IMG/VR virus record: IMGVR_UViG_3300048672_000386
Span: 2,316 to 66,315 of that record
DNA: 64,000 bases
Origin: a virus
Strand: one strand, 5' to 3'
The first letter of the stretch is position 1; every line of letters starts with the position of its first letter. Shown here piece after piece: positions 30,140-39,329 of the stretch. The position numbers and the translations under genes were made by a program. Under the pieces are notes generated by a model. The model did not search any database, had not been told where the DNA came from, and worked only from the letters and a program-made list of their open reading frames with translations.

Positions 30140-30747
30140 TCTTTTTTTTATCTAGCTAATTAATCCGTTCTTTGTTACTAGTCTCTTTCTGAAACCGTGG
30201 ACATAGTATTTCATAGTTTTTTGATAATGTCTAACTCTTTTTAACTAAGTTAGTAAGAGTCTGACCTTCTTTACCTACATAAAGTATAGAACCTAGGTAA
30301 ATCAAGACTTCCAAGCCATCCTGCTTTATCTAGCTGGGTAAAAATAATTGCAAATCAAGCGCAACAAGTGCGGATAAATATGCCCTTTTTTGCAAAATTA
30401 AAGCGGGTATGGCTTAGCCAGTGCCTAGCCTACTCCTTATATAAGCAAATTGGAAAATGGAATTTTTAATAAAATCAATAGGTTATGTACAGGGCATTTT
30501 GCTAGCTAAAAACTGGCAAAAACCGACATTGTCAGGAAGGGGGCAAATTTGCGATTCTAAGCGTTTTAAATATTACCCGCTAGGGTTGGGTTGGGTAAAT
30601 TGGAGAAATGACAATATGTAGGATTAACAAAGCTAGAATGGGCAAGTCTAAAAGTTTAACTAAGTAACTTTGCAAGGTTACAAACTTAACAAGACGTTGC
30701 AGGGCAGACTTACTAGGCAAGTTGCTACTCAATGCGAAAGAAAAGTT

Positions 30748-30804
30748 ATTGTAAGGTTATGCGCTGGAATGACTTGGCAACTTGGCAGCGCATAACCTTA
30801 CAAT
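30748..30804. repeat. Perfect 19-bp inverted repeat, 19-nt loop
   Basis: ATTGTAAGGTTATGCGCTG / CAGCGCATAACCTTACAAT. Confidence 0.9.
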
Positions 30805-30909
30805 TTTGTAAGGGAATGACTACGCCAAAAAGAAACACATTGCCCGTACCAACAGACTAAGGAACTTTAGTTCCGTGTCGGCAGGTACACACAGCGTAGC
30901 GAAAGGTAA

Positions 30910-31300
30910 GGGAACAAGTTGGGAAGTTAGTAACTTTGACAAGTTGGGAAGTAGCCAAGCCTAGTAACTTTGCTTACGCATACATAAATGAACCAAGTTG
31001 GGAAGTTCACTTGTTAATGAGGCTAAGTCGCCAGATTTTTTCAACTAACTGCGTAAGCAACTAGCAAAGTTCATTATTAACATGGTAGGTCGCTAGAATT
31101 TCTTAACTTTCAAAGGTTGGCTAGGTAGCTGAGGTTGGCTAACGCCGCCCACGCTACTATGTTAATGAACCTAAGTCGCCAGAATTTGCTAAGGCAAGTT
31201 GTCAACTGCGTAAGCAAATAACTTGAGAAGTAGTAGGTTTGCCAAGTAACAAAGTATTAACTTTGCTAGCGCATTAATGTAAGAAGTCGCAAGGTTTTGC
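30910..31300. repeat. Cluster of interleaved short direct/inverted repeats
   Basis: CAAGTTGGGAAGT x3; TGTTAATGAnnCTAAGTCGCCAGA x2 plus variants; AACTGCGTAAGCAA x2 plus one inverted TTGCTTACGCA. Confidence 0.85.
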
Positions 31301-31431
31301 CAAGGGTTGCGCGTGGTGTACCGTGGCTTGGTTCGGCGTTGCCTCACACGCCACAGGCAATTGTCGCTGGTAACATTAACAGCATTAATACATTACCGCT
31401 TTTTACGTTATTTTTCAATCGGTTACAGGAC

Positions 31432-31491
31432 TTAATATGTCAAATTGTCGGCTAATCTGTCAAATTGTCGCTAAATATGTGAAATTATCCG
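31432..31491. repeat. Iteron-like direct repeats (3x, period 20)
   Basis: TAATATGTCAAATTGTCG / TAATCTGTCAAATTGTCG / AAATATGTGAAATTATCC upstream of rep2. Confidence 0.85.
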
Positions 31492-31556
31492 CCCTTATAA
31501 ATTATATGGTTATTAGACATAATATTATGTATTTTCTACATAATTCATGCTAGAAT

Positions 31557-32291
31557 ATGCACTCATTAATAAAGGAGTTACCGATGGAACAAAGAACGTT
31601 ACAAAGTTTAATAGTTACTAAAGCTAATGAGTTAGCACAGGCTGGAAGTAATCTTACCTTAGTTGAAGCTAAAGTCCTAGAGTATTGTATAAGTACAATC
31701 TTTAAGGGACAAGTAGTCACTGCTGAGGATATTTTTGAAGTAGATGTTAATCATCTTAGTAATCTATTTGACATGGATAAGAGTCAGGCAAAGAGAGAGT
31801 TAGCGCAGTTACTAAATAACTTATTAACCAAAGTAGTTAAGATTGACTTAGTTGGGCAAAAGATAGCATTTCAATGGCTTAGTGCTGTTAGGTCGAATGA
31901 CTTAGGAAGTGGGCTGCATATACAGTTTAATCCTGTCATTTGTAACTATCTTAACCCAACTAGACTTAACCAAGGTAAGTTTACAGCTTATCCATTGGAG
32001 CATATTGCACATTTTAAATATAACTTTAGCTTATCTTTATATAATCTTATTAAAAGTAATAACTATAAAGGTGCGGGATTTAGTTCTAAACTTTCTTTAG
32101 AAGAATTAAGAGAGTTTCTTTTCTTAAAAGAAAATGAATATAAACTATGGGGAGATTTAAAGAGACAAATTACAAAGTGTTTGAAAGAAATTGAAACAAA
32201 AACAAGTTTGAAAGTAAAACTTGTTGAAAGAAAAAAGGGGAGACTTGTTAAGCAAGTTGTATTTGTTGTTGAACAAACTATTGGAGAATAA
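31557..32291 (+). CDS. Rep_3 (RepB-like) replication initiator 2 (probable start MEQR at 31584)
   Basis: KANELAQA..NLTLVEAKVL, FQWLS, IQFNP...YL, FSLSLYNL, LEELR, KKGR.V; AAGGAG RBS before ATG 31584. Confidence 0.88.
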   Translation: MHSLIKELPMEQRTLQSLIVTKANELAQAGSNLTLVEAKVLEYCISTIFKGQVVTAEDIFEVDVNHLSNLFDMDKSQAKRELAQLLNNLLTKVVKIDLVGQKIAFQWLSAVRSNDLGSGLHIQFNPVICNYLNPTRLNQGKFTAYPLEHIAHFKYNFSLSLYNLIKSNNYKGAGFSSKLSLEELREFLFLKENEYKLWGDLKRQITKCLKEIETKTSLKVKLVERKKGRLVKQVVFVVEQTIGE

Positions 32292-32292
32292 A

Positions 32293-32340
32293 ATGGAACA
32301 ATTATATAGACACTTTGATAAAGACGGTATTCTCCTCTAA
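32293..32340 (+). pseudogene. Truncated GIY-YIG remnant
   Basis: GGAG RBS then MEQLYRHFDKDGILL-stop, matching QLYRHFDSSGTLLYVG of 38709..39329. Confidence 0.7.
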
Positions 32341-32531
32341 CAAGTAAGGTATCTGTAGGAGACAGTGCTAGAGCTATACTAATACAAGCCCGTACTATGG
32401 GGGATATTTGGGTGGAAAAGGCTTATGAAGTAGGTGGTAAAAATTATATAGCTAGTTGGTATGTTGATGGAAAAGATATTGGAGGGGGTTAGGGGACATC
32501 CTTGTCTGGGGTTGGGTTGGGGTTTTATTTA

Positions 32532-32756
32532 TTATTCTACTAAATATTGAGTACCTTTCAAATTCCTTAACTTATGAAACTTACTAATTGCAACCTCCAC
32601 ATCACAAGTTTGACTAATGCTACAATTAATATTATTAAAATCAAAACAAACAAAAGCAACATTCCAAAGTATTGCCTTCTCTTTAGCTTCAATAATGGCT
32701 TTATCAATATCAGTACCAGCCAAAAATGTAACTGTAATACATATATTACTTTTCAT
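32532..32756 (-). CDS. Hypothetical protein
   Basis: ORF overlapping the upstream stop. Confidence 0.7.
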   Translation of the reverse strand: MKSNICITVTFLAGTDIDKAIIEAKEKAILWNVAFVCFDFNNINCSISQTCDVEVAISKFHKLRNLKGTQYLVE

Positions 32757-32941
32757 ACTTTAATCTCCTCAAAGTTATTCATAAAATCTTCCTTAGTTCT
32801 ACTAAAGAAAACACCAGTTTCATCACCAGTATAAAAGATATGTTCCACCCATTCTCTAGTTACTTCATCTTTATGATTAATAATACCCAAACAAGTGTAG
32901 ACATTTCCAGACTTTTTGTCTTTGAATAGTTTATTTTTCAT
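32753..32941 (-). CDS. DUF1653-like protein
   Basis: K.GNVY..LG....IFY.....FSR...F...FE pattern. Confidence 0.65.
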   Translation of the reverse strand: MKNKLFKDKKSGNVYTCLGIINHKDEVTREWVEHIFYTGDETGVFFSRTKEDFMNNFEEIKV

Positions 32942-33030
32942 TTTTTAGACTACAAAGGTAGTTAATAACAAGTGCTACAGTGTGCATACTAGCATAGCAA
33001 GTATAAATACTCCTATGTTTAAGATAGCTT

Positions 33031-33501
33031 TCATACTTTCTCCGATTTAATAGCTTCAATCCAAGCTTCTATAGTAGCTATAGCTTCTTGAAGGTCTTTA
33101 ACTTGGTCTTTAGTACCACGTTTACCTGTTGCAACTAGCTTTTTAACAGCATGGTGTTGATAACTGTTAAGTCCGAACATCTCTGATACCATATAGATGT
33201 CCAAATGTGTGAAGTTTGGAACTTTAGCAAAGTAATGTGGAAACTTTGTTAGGTTTTTTGGAATGTTTCTTTCAAAAGTTTCAACTGGTTTTTCAACTGG
33301 AATCTTTTTAAGTTCTTCAATAAATTCAAGTTGTTCTCTAAGTTCCTTAGCCACAGAAGATTCTTCTTTAAAAGTTTCCCAAGCTTGTTTGTAACTTTCA
33401 CGTTCTCCCTTTGTTGAACTTAGCTGGTCTTCATCCTCCTCTTCTAGCAAAGTTTCTCCAAACTCTTTTAAACATTTTCTTATTTTAGTAAACAATTTCA
33501 T
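33031..33501 (-). CDS. DUF3310-like (putative nucleotide kinase) protein
   Basis: PHYF, DIY.V...F, HAVKKL...GKRG.KD..KDL.EA. Confidence 0.6.
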   Translation of the reverse strand: MKLFTKIRKCLKEFGETLLEEEDEDQLSSTKGERESYKQAWETFKEESSVAKELREQLEFIEELKKIPVEKPVETFERNIPKNLTKFPHYFAKVPNFTHLDIYMVSEMFGLNSYQHHAVKKLVATGKRGTKDQVKDLQEAIATIEAWIEAIKSEKV

Positions 33502-33549
33502 TTCCTATCTCCAAACTTTATTAAAAACCATCCTTGTTTGATTAGTCCT

Positions 33550-33876
33550 TTACTTATTCCATAGAATTGTCAGACACAGTTCCTCAAGTTCTATGAACAA
33601 GCTTACTTTAAAATTATATGGTTCAGCCTGTAGTGTATCCGCTAGTTTACCAAGTATAAGGTCATACTGTTCAATTGTTTGTAGATACTTTCCTAGAAAG
33701 TCTGGAACTTTAGAGGCTTTTAAAGTGTATTCAAAGTTACCTCGTAAAGCTATTTTGTGTAAATAGTTAAGTAAGTTGGGTAGCAGTGTTTCTACTTGGG
33801 ATATATACAAGTCTTGTTCTTCTTGCCTCTTTGCAATTGCTAAGTTTCGTAGACTATTTACATTTATTTCTGTCAT
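33550..33876 (-). CDS. Hypothetical protein
   Basis: GGAG RBS. Confidence 0.7.
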   Translation of the reverse strand: MTEINVNSLRNLAIAKRQEEQDLYISQVETLLPNLLNYLHKIALRGNFEYTLKASKVPDFLGKYLQTIEQYDLILGKLADTLQAEPYNFKVSLFIELEELCLTILWNK

Positions 33877-33908
33877 TTCTTATCTCCGATTGCTGTTATA
33901 AAGTAATA

Positions 33909-34301
33909 TTAAACTAAAGCCCAAGCCTTAGCACAGCTTATTCTCTTCTTCGGTTTGTAAATCACCTTACTTTTCAAACTAACTACCCCTTTCTTAGTAA
34001 ACTTTAGTTTCTTAGCAACTATCTTACTAACATCAAGGTCTCTCCCATATTTACCAAAAGACCCTTTGTCATTAATACACACTTTGGTAGTCTTACCATT
34101 GTAAGATAATTGCAAAATAGTACCAAACTTATACTTATTACTAGCAGCAGTATTCTTAAATGGACTGAAAACTTCACCACTAGCAGTCTTCTTCCCTGTA
34201 AAACCTTGATGGTAAAAGGAAGTCTTTACTGTTGTTGCTTCTGAAAGTGAAGTTACACTCATAACCAAGATAGCTACACCAATACTTTGTAAGATTTTCA
34301 T
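33909..34301 (-). CDS. rlpA: RlpA-like double-psi beta-barrel lytic transglycosylase with signal peptide
   Basis: SFY...GKKTASGE.F...TAAS...FGT, V.INDKG.F...RDLDVS. Confidence 0.85.
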   Translation of the reverse strand: MKILQSIGVAILVMSVTSLSEATTVKTSFYHQGFTGKKTASGEVFSPFKNTAASNKYKFGTILQLSYNGKTTKVCINDKGSFGKYGRDLDVSKIVAKKLKFTKKGVVSLKSKVIYKPKKRISCAKAWALV

Positions 34302-34363
34302 GTTATGTTCCTAATTAATAAGAAAAGTACAGGTTACTATACTTTTCTTAAGTTCAGCTTAAT

Positions 34364-34597
34364 TCATAAGTTTGTAATATCAGTCATAGGTCTTCCACCT
34401 TTAGGTCTATTAAACCACCATTCTTCAAACCAACTAAGTTCCCAAGCTTCTGCATTTGGATGCTTCTTATCTATAAACTTTGTACCATCTGGTTCAGGAA
34501 ACTTATAATGTTTAGCTTTACGGTGATTTTTCCAATATCTCCAAAGGTCTATTGGTATGTTAAGTTCTTTACGAAGTTCTTTGGCTGTTAGTAGCAT
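34364..34597 (-). CDS. AlpA/Xis-like HTH protein
   Basis: LLTAKEL...L.I....RYW....FPEP...W. Confidence 0.6.
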   Translation of the reverse strand: MLLTAKELRKELNIPIDLWRYWKNHRKAKHYKFPEPDGTKFIDKKHPNAEAWELSWFEEWWFNRPKGGRPMTDITNL

Positions 34598-34599
34598 AA

Positions 34600-35493
34600 C
34601 TAACTACACTTGCTGTAGCCACAGCTAGTACAGGTAGGGCAGCCATCCATGATGATAAGTTGGTCTCCACAGTCGGGGCAAGGATTAGTTATAACATGAG
34701 GAAACTCTATAGAAGCAGACTTCATAGCTATTATAGTATGTAAGTCCTCTAAAGGTTTTGAAACATAATCTAACCAAGCACTAGCATTTTCCTCTTCTGT
34801 AGCTGGTCTTTCGTGACTACTTTGTGAAAGTGGTATAGAGTTTTCAGGGTGTTCTTGTTTATAAGCCTCCATTCTTTTGTCAATATCATTATGTATGCAC
34901 TGGTTTTCTTCCCATCTTAGACACTCCTTATTAAACACTTCAATAACTAATCCAATCTCGGCAACTAGCCCATTAACAAACCTAGGCTTATCAGGGACTT
35001 TGGATAAGTATGGACTTTCAGTATCACAACTTTCTTTAAAGTTGTCTATTAAAGATTGTAATGAAGTTCCTGTTTCTATAGCAGTACGAAATGCTGTACT
35101 AATAGTTACAGTTAAAGCATTTAGCCACTTAATATCTTTAACATCTTTAGTATTAAAGAAGATTTCATAAGGAAACTTTTTTCCTTCATACTCGATAGCA
35201 TTAAGCCGCACATATAAAGCATGATTAGCATAAGGAGGTTTTAGTCTCCACTCGTTGTCTAGACGAAGTGGTCGTTTTAGCTCTGGTTTAATTATTAATC
35301 TTGTAGCTTCTGCTGATTTTGCATCTATAACTTTAGAAGCTTCAAAGTCTTCCAGTTCTTCTAACTGTTGAATTAAAGTATCCGTAGGATTAATATAAGT
35401 AACACCTTGTTCATCAGGAGTTTTATGGACTCCTTCCTCTGTAACTACTTTGTAACTTATAATTTTCTTTGTAACCTTTACTGGTTCGTTCAT
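34600..35493 (-). CDS. NrdJb/TSCPD-like C-terminal part of class II ribonucleotide reductase
   Basis: HALYV, PYEIFFN.K, AL...IS..FR, LVAEIG, CPDCG...MDGCPTCTSCGYSKC. Confidence 0.8.
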   Translation of the reverse strand: MNEPVKVTKKIISYKVVTEEGVHKTPDEQGVTYINPTDTLIQQLEELEDFEASKVIDAKSAEATRLIIKPELKRPLRLDNEWRLKPPYANHALYVRLNAIEYEGKKFPYEIFFNTKDVKDIKWLNALTVTISTAFRTAIETGTSLQSLIDNFKESCDTESPYLSKVPDKPRFVNGLVAEIGLVIEVFNKECLRWEENQCIHNDIDKRMEAYKQEHPENSIPLSQSSHERPATEEENASAWLDYVSKPLEDLHTIIAMKSASIEFPHVITNPCPDCGDQLIIMDGCPTCTSCGYSKCS

Positions 35494-35503
35494 CTTCTTT
35501 TCC

Positions 35504-35764
35504 TTATCTTTGATATTGTATTAATGGTTTCTGGTTTTCTTCTAATTTCCAAGGTATAAGTTCTTGGCAAGAAGTACATTGTTTATAATTAAGGCTAGAA
35601 AAACTAGCAAGTTTACTGCTATTACACTTAGGACATCGTTTCTTTTCCTCTTCTGGTTGGATTATTATGTGATAAAGTTCAAGAAGTTTCTCTTCGGAAA
35701 GAGAACTGAACTTTGTGTTACTTATGAGTTTGACTAGAACACTTTTGTTCATTAAGTATCCCAT
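35504..35764 (-). CDS. Zn-ribbon protein
   Basis: CPKC...CTSC. Confidence 0.65.
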   Translation of the reverse strand: MGYLMNKSVLVKLISNTKFSSLSEEKLLELYHIIIQPEEEKKRCPKCNSSKLASFSSLNYKQCTSCQELIPWKLEENQKPLIQYQR

Positions 35765-35930
35765 TCATAGTCAAAACCTTCTTTAGAACAGGTTAGTGTT
35801 ACATATTTACCTTTTCTATCATCATAGATTTTGATAGTAAATTCGTTGACAATTTCATCTCCTAAACATTGGTCGTAAATATCTTGTAAAACTTCCATTA
35901 AACCTTTTACCGAGTTCATTTTTTAATCTC

Positions 35931-36797
35931 CTACTTATTATTTTTCATAAATTGTTTAACAAAATCCTTCAAGTCTTGTGGCATATTACTTTTCTCAACT
36001 ATCCAAACAAGGTAATTTTTATCTGTCTTAATTAAAGTTTCTAAGGAAACCAGAGTGTACTTACCAAAGGTTAGCTTATGCTCCTTAGTGTAGCTATCTT
36101 GTTGTATTAAACGTGGTAACTTAACACCATGTTTACTACCACATGGTTGTGTACATTGCTCTATTAGTTTCTCAAAAGAGTCAAGCTCAGGTGCAACTTC
36201 CAAGATTTTCAGTAGGATTAAGTAACAGAGTTTGCAGTCCTGTAAAGCACTATGTGCATTAGTAATAAGTTCCTTTGCTTCTTCTGGGTAGTATCTTTCA
36301 ATTAAACCTGTTAGGGTATTTACACCTTTAGTACCTGCTCCGCTTTGTTTTGTTAGATACTTGATTGCTAGTTCTTTTGTACAGATAAGTTTCACATCTG
36401 GTTTTGTTACCATTTGCCAATCAAACATAATGTTATGACCTATTAGGTAGGTAACATCAGTTGGGAACTTAAAGGTACTTATACAAGGAGAACCTTTTAA
36501 GTTTTCTTTAGTGAAACCATTAACTTCGGAAGCCTTTGGGCTAAAGTCACCTTTTGGCATAAAGGTTTGGTGGAAAGCCAAAGCACCATACTCCATATCT
36601 TGTATAGTTAAAGCAGAATACTTCTTAGCATCTACTTTGTATCTTGCTTGTTCTAAGCTTCTTTTAAAATCAATTTCAAAGAAGGCAATCTCACACGCTT
36701 CACCTAGAGGTGGTAAGCCGCTAGTCTCAGTATCAAGTATAATAGCTTTAGTCATCATTAATCTCCATAGTGGTAAAAGAAAGAAGTGCTTTAGCAT
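35931..36797 (-). CDS. DnaQ-like 3'-5' exonuclease with C-terminal FGKY (DUF3820-like) domain
   Basis: DTET, HNIMFD, HSALQD, LTFGKY..YLVW; real start probably MMTKA (~36758). Confidence 0.88.
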   Translation of the reverse strand: MLKHFFLLPLWRLMMTKAIILDTETSGLPPLGEACEIAFFEIDFKRSLEQARYKVDAKKYSALTIQDMEYGALAFHQTFMPKGDFSPKASEVNGFTKENLKGSPCISTFKFPTDVTYLIGHNIMFDWQMVTKPDVKLICTKELAIKYLTKQSGAGTKGVNTLTGLIERYYPEEAKELITNAHSALQDCKLCYLILLKILEVAPELDSFEKLIEQCTQPCGSKHGVKLPRLIQQDSYTKEHKLTFGKYTLVSLETLIKTDKNYLVWIVEKSNMPQDLKDFVKQFMKNNK

Positions 36798-37356
36798 GAA
36801 GTTCTGCGGCTTCTTTGTTTAGATGAAGAAGCCCTCTTTGTAAAAAGAACTCATTAGCTACTATTTGTCTTGAGTAACTATAGCACGCTACTTTAGAACT
36901 TGTGGAAATACCTAAGTCAACTAAATAGACTTTTGCACCTTCTTCTGGGGCAATTCTCAAAGGTTCAGGAACATCATAGTTACCAATTCTTATTGTTTTT
37001 TGTTTTCTTCGATAACTTACTTCTTTAAACCAAGCAGGATTTGTATAACAAGTCTCAAAGACTTTATATGTTCTTTCTTTAAACTCCCAGCGTTCCCAAG
37101 GTTTATCAGTCTCCATAGCATCTTGAGCATATAAGAGCATAAGTTCTGCATGGGGGTGTTTATTGGAACTATACTGGTTAATCTCTTTTACAGCTAGTAA
37201 CTGTTGTGGGCTATACCATTTAAGTATAGGAGCTATTGCAATGTTTTTAGCTTTAATAACTGTAACACCTACTAAATTTCTACAATCCACTTCATGCTCC
37301 ACTACACCTTCTTTATTACAAAAAGGTATTCTTACAGGTTGACCTTTCTTAAACAT
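36748..37356 (-). CDS. Conserved phage hypothetical protein
   Basis: HPHAELM..YAQDA.ETDKPWERWE motif. Confidence 0.75.
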   Translation of the reverse strand: MFKKGQPVRIPFCNKEGVVEHEVDCRNLVGVTVIKAKNIAIAPILKWYSPQQLLAVKEINQYSSNKHPHAELMLLYAQDAMETDKPWERWEFKERTYKVFETCYTNPAWFKEVSYRRKQKTIRIGNYDVPEPLRIAPEEGAKVYLVDLGISTSSKVACYSYSRQIVANEFFLQRGLLHLNKEAAELHAKALLSFTTMEINDD

Positions 37357-37618
37357 AATCTTCCCCTTTTAATATATTAAAATAATCTTTCTCAAGTTCT
37401 TTTAGCAAAGAATCTTCAATTAACCAGTTATACGGATACCCCATAAGATTTATTACTCCAACAATTTCATTTGGTACTATACGGATAGTTGCAACCTCAA
37501 AACTTTGTTTAACTTCTGGACTTTCAAGAGTTCCTTTTTCAAACTGTTGATGATAGCCAGTTACTTCTGCTTCATATTCTTTACCATTTAGATAGATGGT
37601 TGTTGTGAACCTTGCCAT
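37349..37618 (-). CDS. Hypothetical protein (likely start MARFTT)
   Basis: GGAG RBS before internal ATG; ORF track 37349..37684. Confidence 0.6.
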   Translation of the reverse strand: MARFTTTIYLNGKEYEAEVTGYHQQFEKGTLESPEVKQSFEVATIRIVPNEIVGVINLMGYPYNWLIEDSLLKELEKDYFNILKGEDYV

Positions 37619-37908
37619 TATATTGCTCCAAGGATTAGGAAAGTTACAAGACCTGCGGCTAAGCCTAATGAAACCATTTTCCAAGTTTTAATAGACTTAA
37701 TAAGATGATACTGTTTACTATGGGAAGCTTGGTAGTCTTTATAGACTTTATCAAGTGTTTCTTTTGTTTTACTATGCTCAAGTTGCGAAGTTCTTAACAG
37801 TCTTCGGCTTGTTGTTAGTTCTGTTAATAAGTTTGGAACTAACTTTGCATAGAAGTCTACTTCATTATCTTCTAAGGATGCTATTAGGTCTACTGTTTTG
37901 TTTGTCAT
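37618..37908 (-). CDS. Coiled-coil protein with C-terminal TM anchor
   Basis: WKMVSLGLAAGLVTFLILGAI; own promoter. Confidence 0.7.
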   Translation of the reverse strand: MTNKTVDLIASLEDNEVDFYAKLVPNLLTELTTSRRLLRTSQLEHSKTKETLDKVYKDYQASHSKQYHLIKSIKTWKMVSLGLAAGLVTFLILGAI

Positions 37909-37945
37909 GGGGGTTTCCTTTTTTGGTTGGTTAATTGGATTAAGG

Positions 37946-37982
37946 AATGGGTATTATAGCATAGGGAATACCCATTTGTCAA
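37946..37982 (-). promoter_or_regulatory. Consensus sigma70 promoter overlapped by a 10-bp inverted repeat
   Basis: TTGACA-18-TATAAT with TG; AATGGGTATT...AATACCCATT. Confidence 0.8.
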
Positions 37983-37992
37983 ATTTATTTAG

Positions 37993-38712
37993 TTAATGGT
38001 TTTCTATTCTGTTCTTTGCAATGTTAAAGTAACTAAGGTCTTTCTCTATACCTATGAAGTTACGGTTAAGGTTCTTGCAAGCCACTCCAACTGTGCCACT
38101 TCCCATTGTATTATCTAAGATAGTTTCACCTTCATTTGTGTAAGTCTTGATAAGGTATTCCATTAAGGCTACTGGTTTCTGGGTTGGGTGTAACCCACGT
38201 TCTCTAGGTATTCTCTGCACACTAGAAGGACACCTTAACTCTGGAACTTGTAGAATACCTATACCTTCTTGTGTTCCATATACAGAATCTTTCCTACCAC
38301 TATCTATTGTAGTTGTTATCTTTCCTTTTCGACTTCCAATCCTTTCTTGTTTTTGTTGATTATAGGTTAATTTACCTAAGCCGAATACTAAGACATTTTC
38401 ATGCTCCTTCATAGGTTGGTACTTAACTGTTGCAAAGTTAGAGCCTCCGTCTTTCTGCCAAATCCACTCATACTTAAACCACTGTAAGTTACTTGCTACT
38501 AAGATACTTGTAAAAGGCTGACTAGCAGTTAGAACTATCGCCCCATTATCCTTAATAACCCTCTTATACTGCTCCCACAAAGGTTCAAAAGGTATAACTG
38601 TGTCCCACTTACAAGCTGTAGTTCCATAAGGCAAATCACAAAGTATCATGTCGATACTACCAGTTGGGATGTTTTTCATTTCTTCTAGGCAATCGCCGTG
38701 TATTAGTTTCAT
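37993..38712 (-). CDS. DNA N6-adenine/N4-cytosine methyltransferase (beta class)
   Basis: DLPYG motif IV before HPTQKP and DNTMGSG motif I. Confidence 0.93.
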   Translation of the reverse strand: MKLIHGDCLEEMKNIPTGSIDMILCDLPYGTTACKWDTVIPFEPLWEQYKRVIKDNGAIVLTASQPFTSILVASNLQWFKYEWIWQKDGGSNFATVKYQPMKEHENVLVFGLGKLTYNQQKQERIGSRKGKITTTIDSGRKDSVYGTQEGIGILQVPELRCPSSVQRIPRERGLHPTQKPVALMEYLIKTYTNEGETILDNTMGSGTVGVACKNLNRNFIGIEKDLSYFNIAKNRIENH

Positions 38713-39329
38713 TGTTTTTCCTTTGTTGGGAGGTGGATTATATTTTGTTTAACAAGTTCTTCTACATAGTCTTGCCAAAGTTTTAAGTTACCATTCCAAG
38801 CATAGAGTGGATTGATAGTTATTTGCTTACGTTTCTTTAGGTCTAATACTAACCCTACTTTCTTTAAATCTGAGATAGCCTTAGTAACACCAGAAGCATC
38901 TATTCCAAGGGAACTAGCTATTAGCTTATGTTCCATAAATATAGTACAACTGTTTCTGCTTGATTCTAAGACTGCTAAGTAGTGTAACAATTCATTCCAT
39001 ACCTTTAAAGCTACTAAAGATGTTAATTGTCTAGTTGCATAGTTAGTGCCACTGAATAAATAGATACCCTCCACTTCCGTCTCTATTTTGATGTTGTTAT
39101 GAACTTTGTTATAAATAGGATACTCCGTCTGAATAGCCAGCTTTTCAGCTCTTAAAGCATCTTCTTTACTTTGGAAGTTTTCTACCGAAATTCTAGCAAC
39201 TAATTCAAACCATTCAGCAGTTCTGCTATGTTGAGAAAGTCTAACTAAGGCAGAGGAGCTTATCCCGACATATAGTAAAGTTCCGCTACTGTCGAAGTGC
39301 CTATATAACTGTGTCATTTTAAGCTCCAA
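38709..39329 (-). CDS. GIY-YIG nuclease fused to RepL-like winged HTH
   Basis: LYRHFD..G.LLYVGIS...RL.QH...AE..AI..E.P.YN; C-terminal IA..LG....V.KAI..L...G....INP.YAWNG. Confidence 0.8.
   Translation of the reverse strand: MELKMTQLYRHFDSSGTLLYVGISSSALVRLSQHSRTAEWFELVARISVENFQSKEDALRAEKLAIQTEYPIYNKVHNNIKIETEVEGIYLFSGTNYATRQLTSLVALKVWNELLHYLAVLESSRNSCTIFMEHKLIASSLGIDASGVTKAISDLKKVGLVLDLKKRKQITINPLYAWNGNLKLWQDYVEELVKQNIIHLPTKEKQ

Noticed and set aside
30748-30804. Possible protelomerase (telRL) site
   Set aside because: Has a 19-nt non-palindromic loop, and no protelomerase gene was seen
30910-31300. Possible CRISPR mini-array
   Set aside because: Repeats are short, of several types and irregularly spaced; no constant repeat-spacer period
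34364-34597. Integration module
   Set aside because: Xis/AlpA-like HTH only; no integrase or att-linked host boundary in the window
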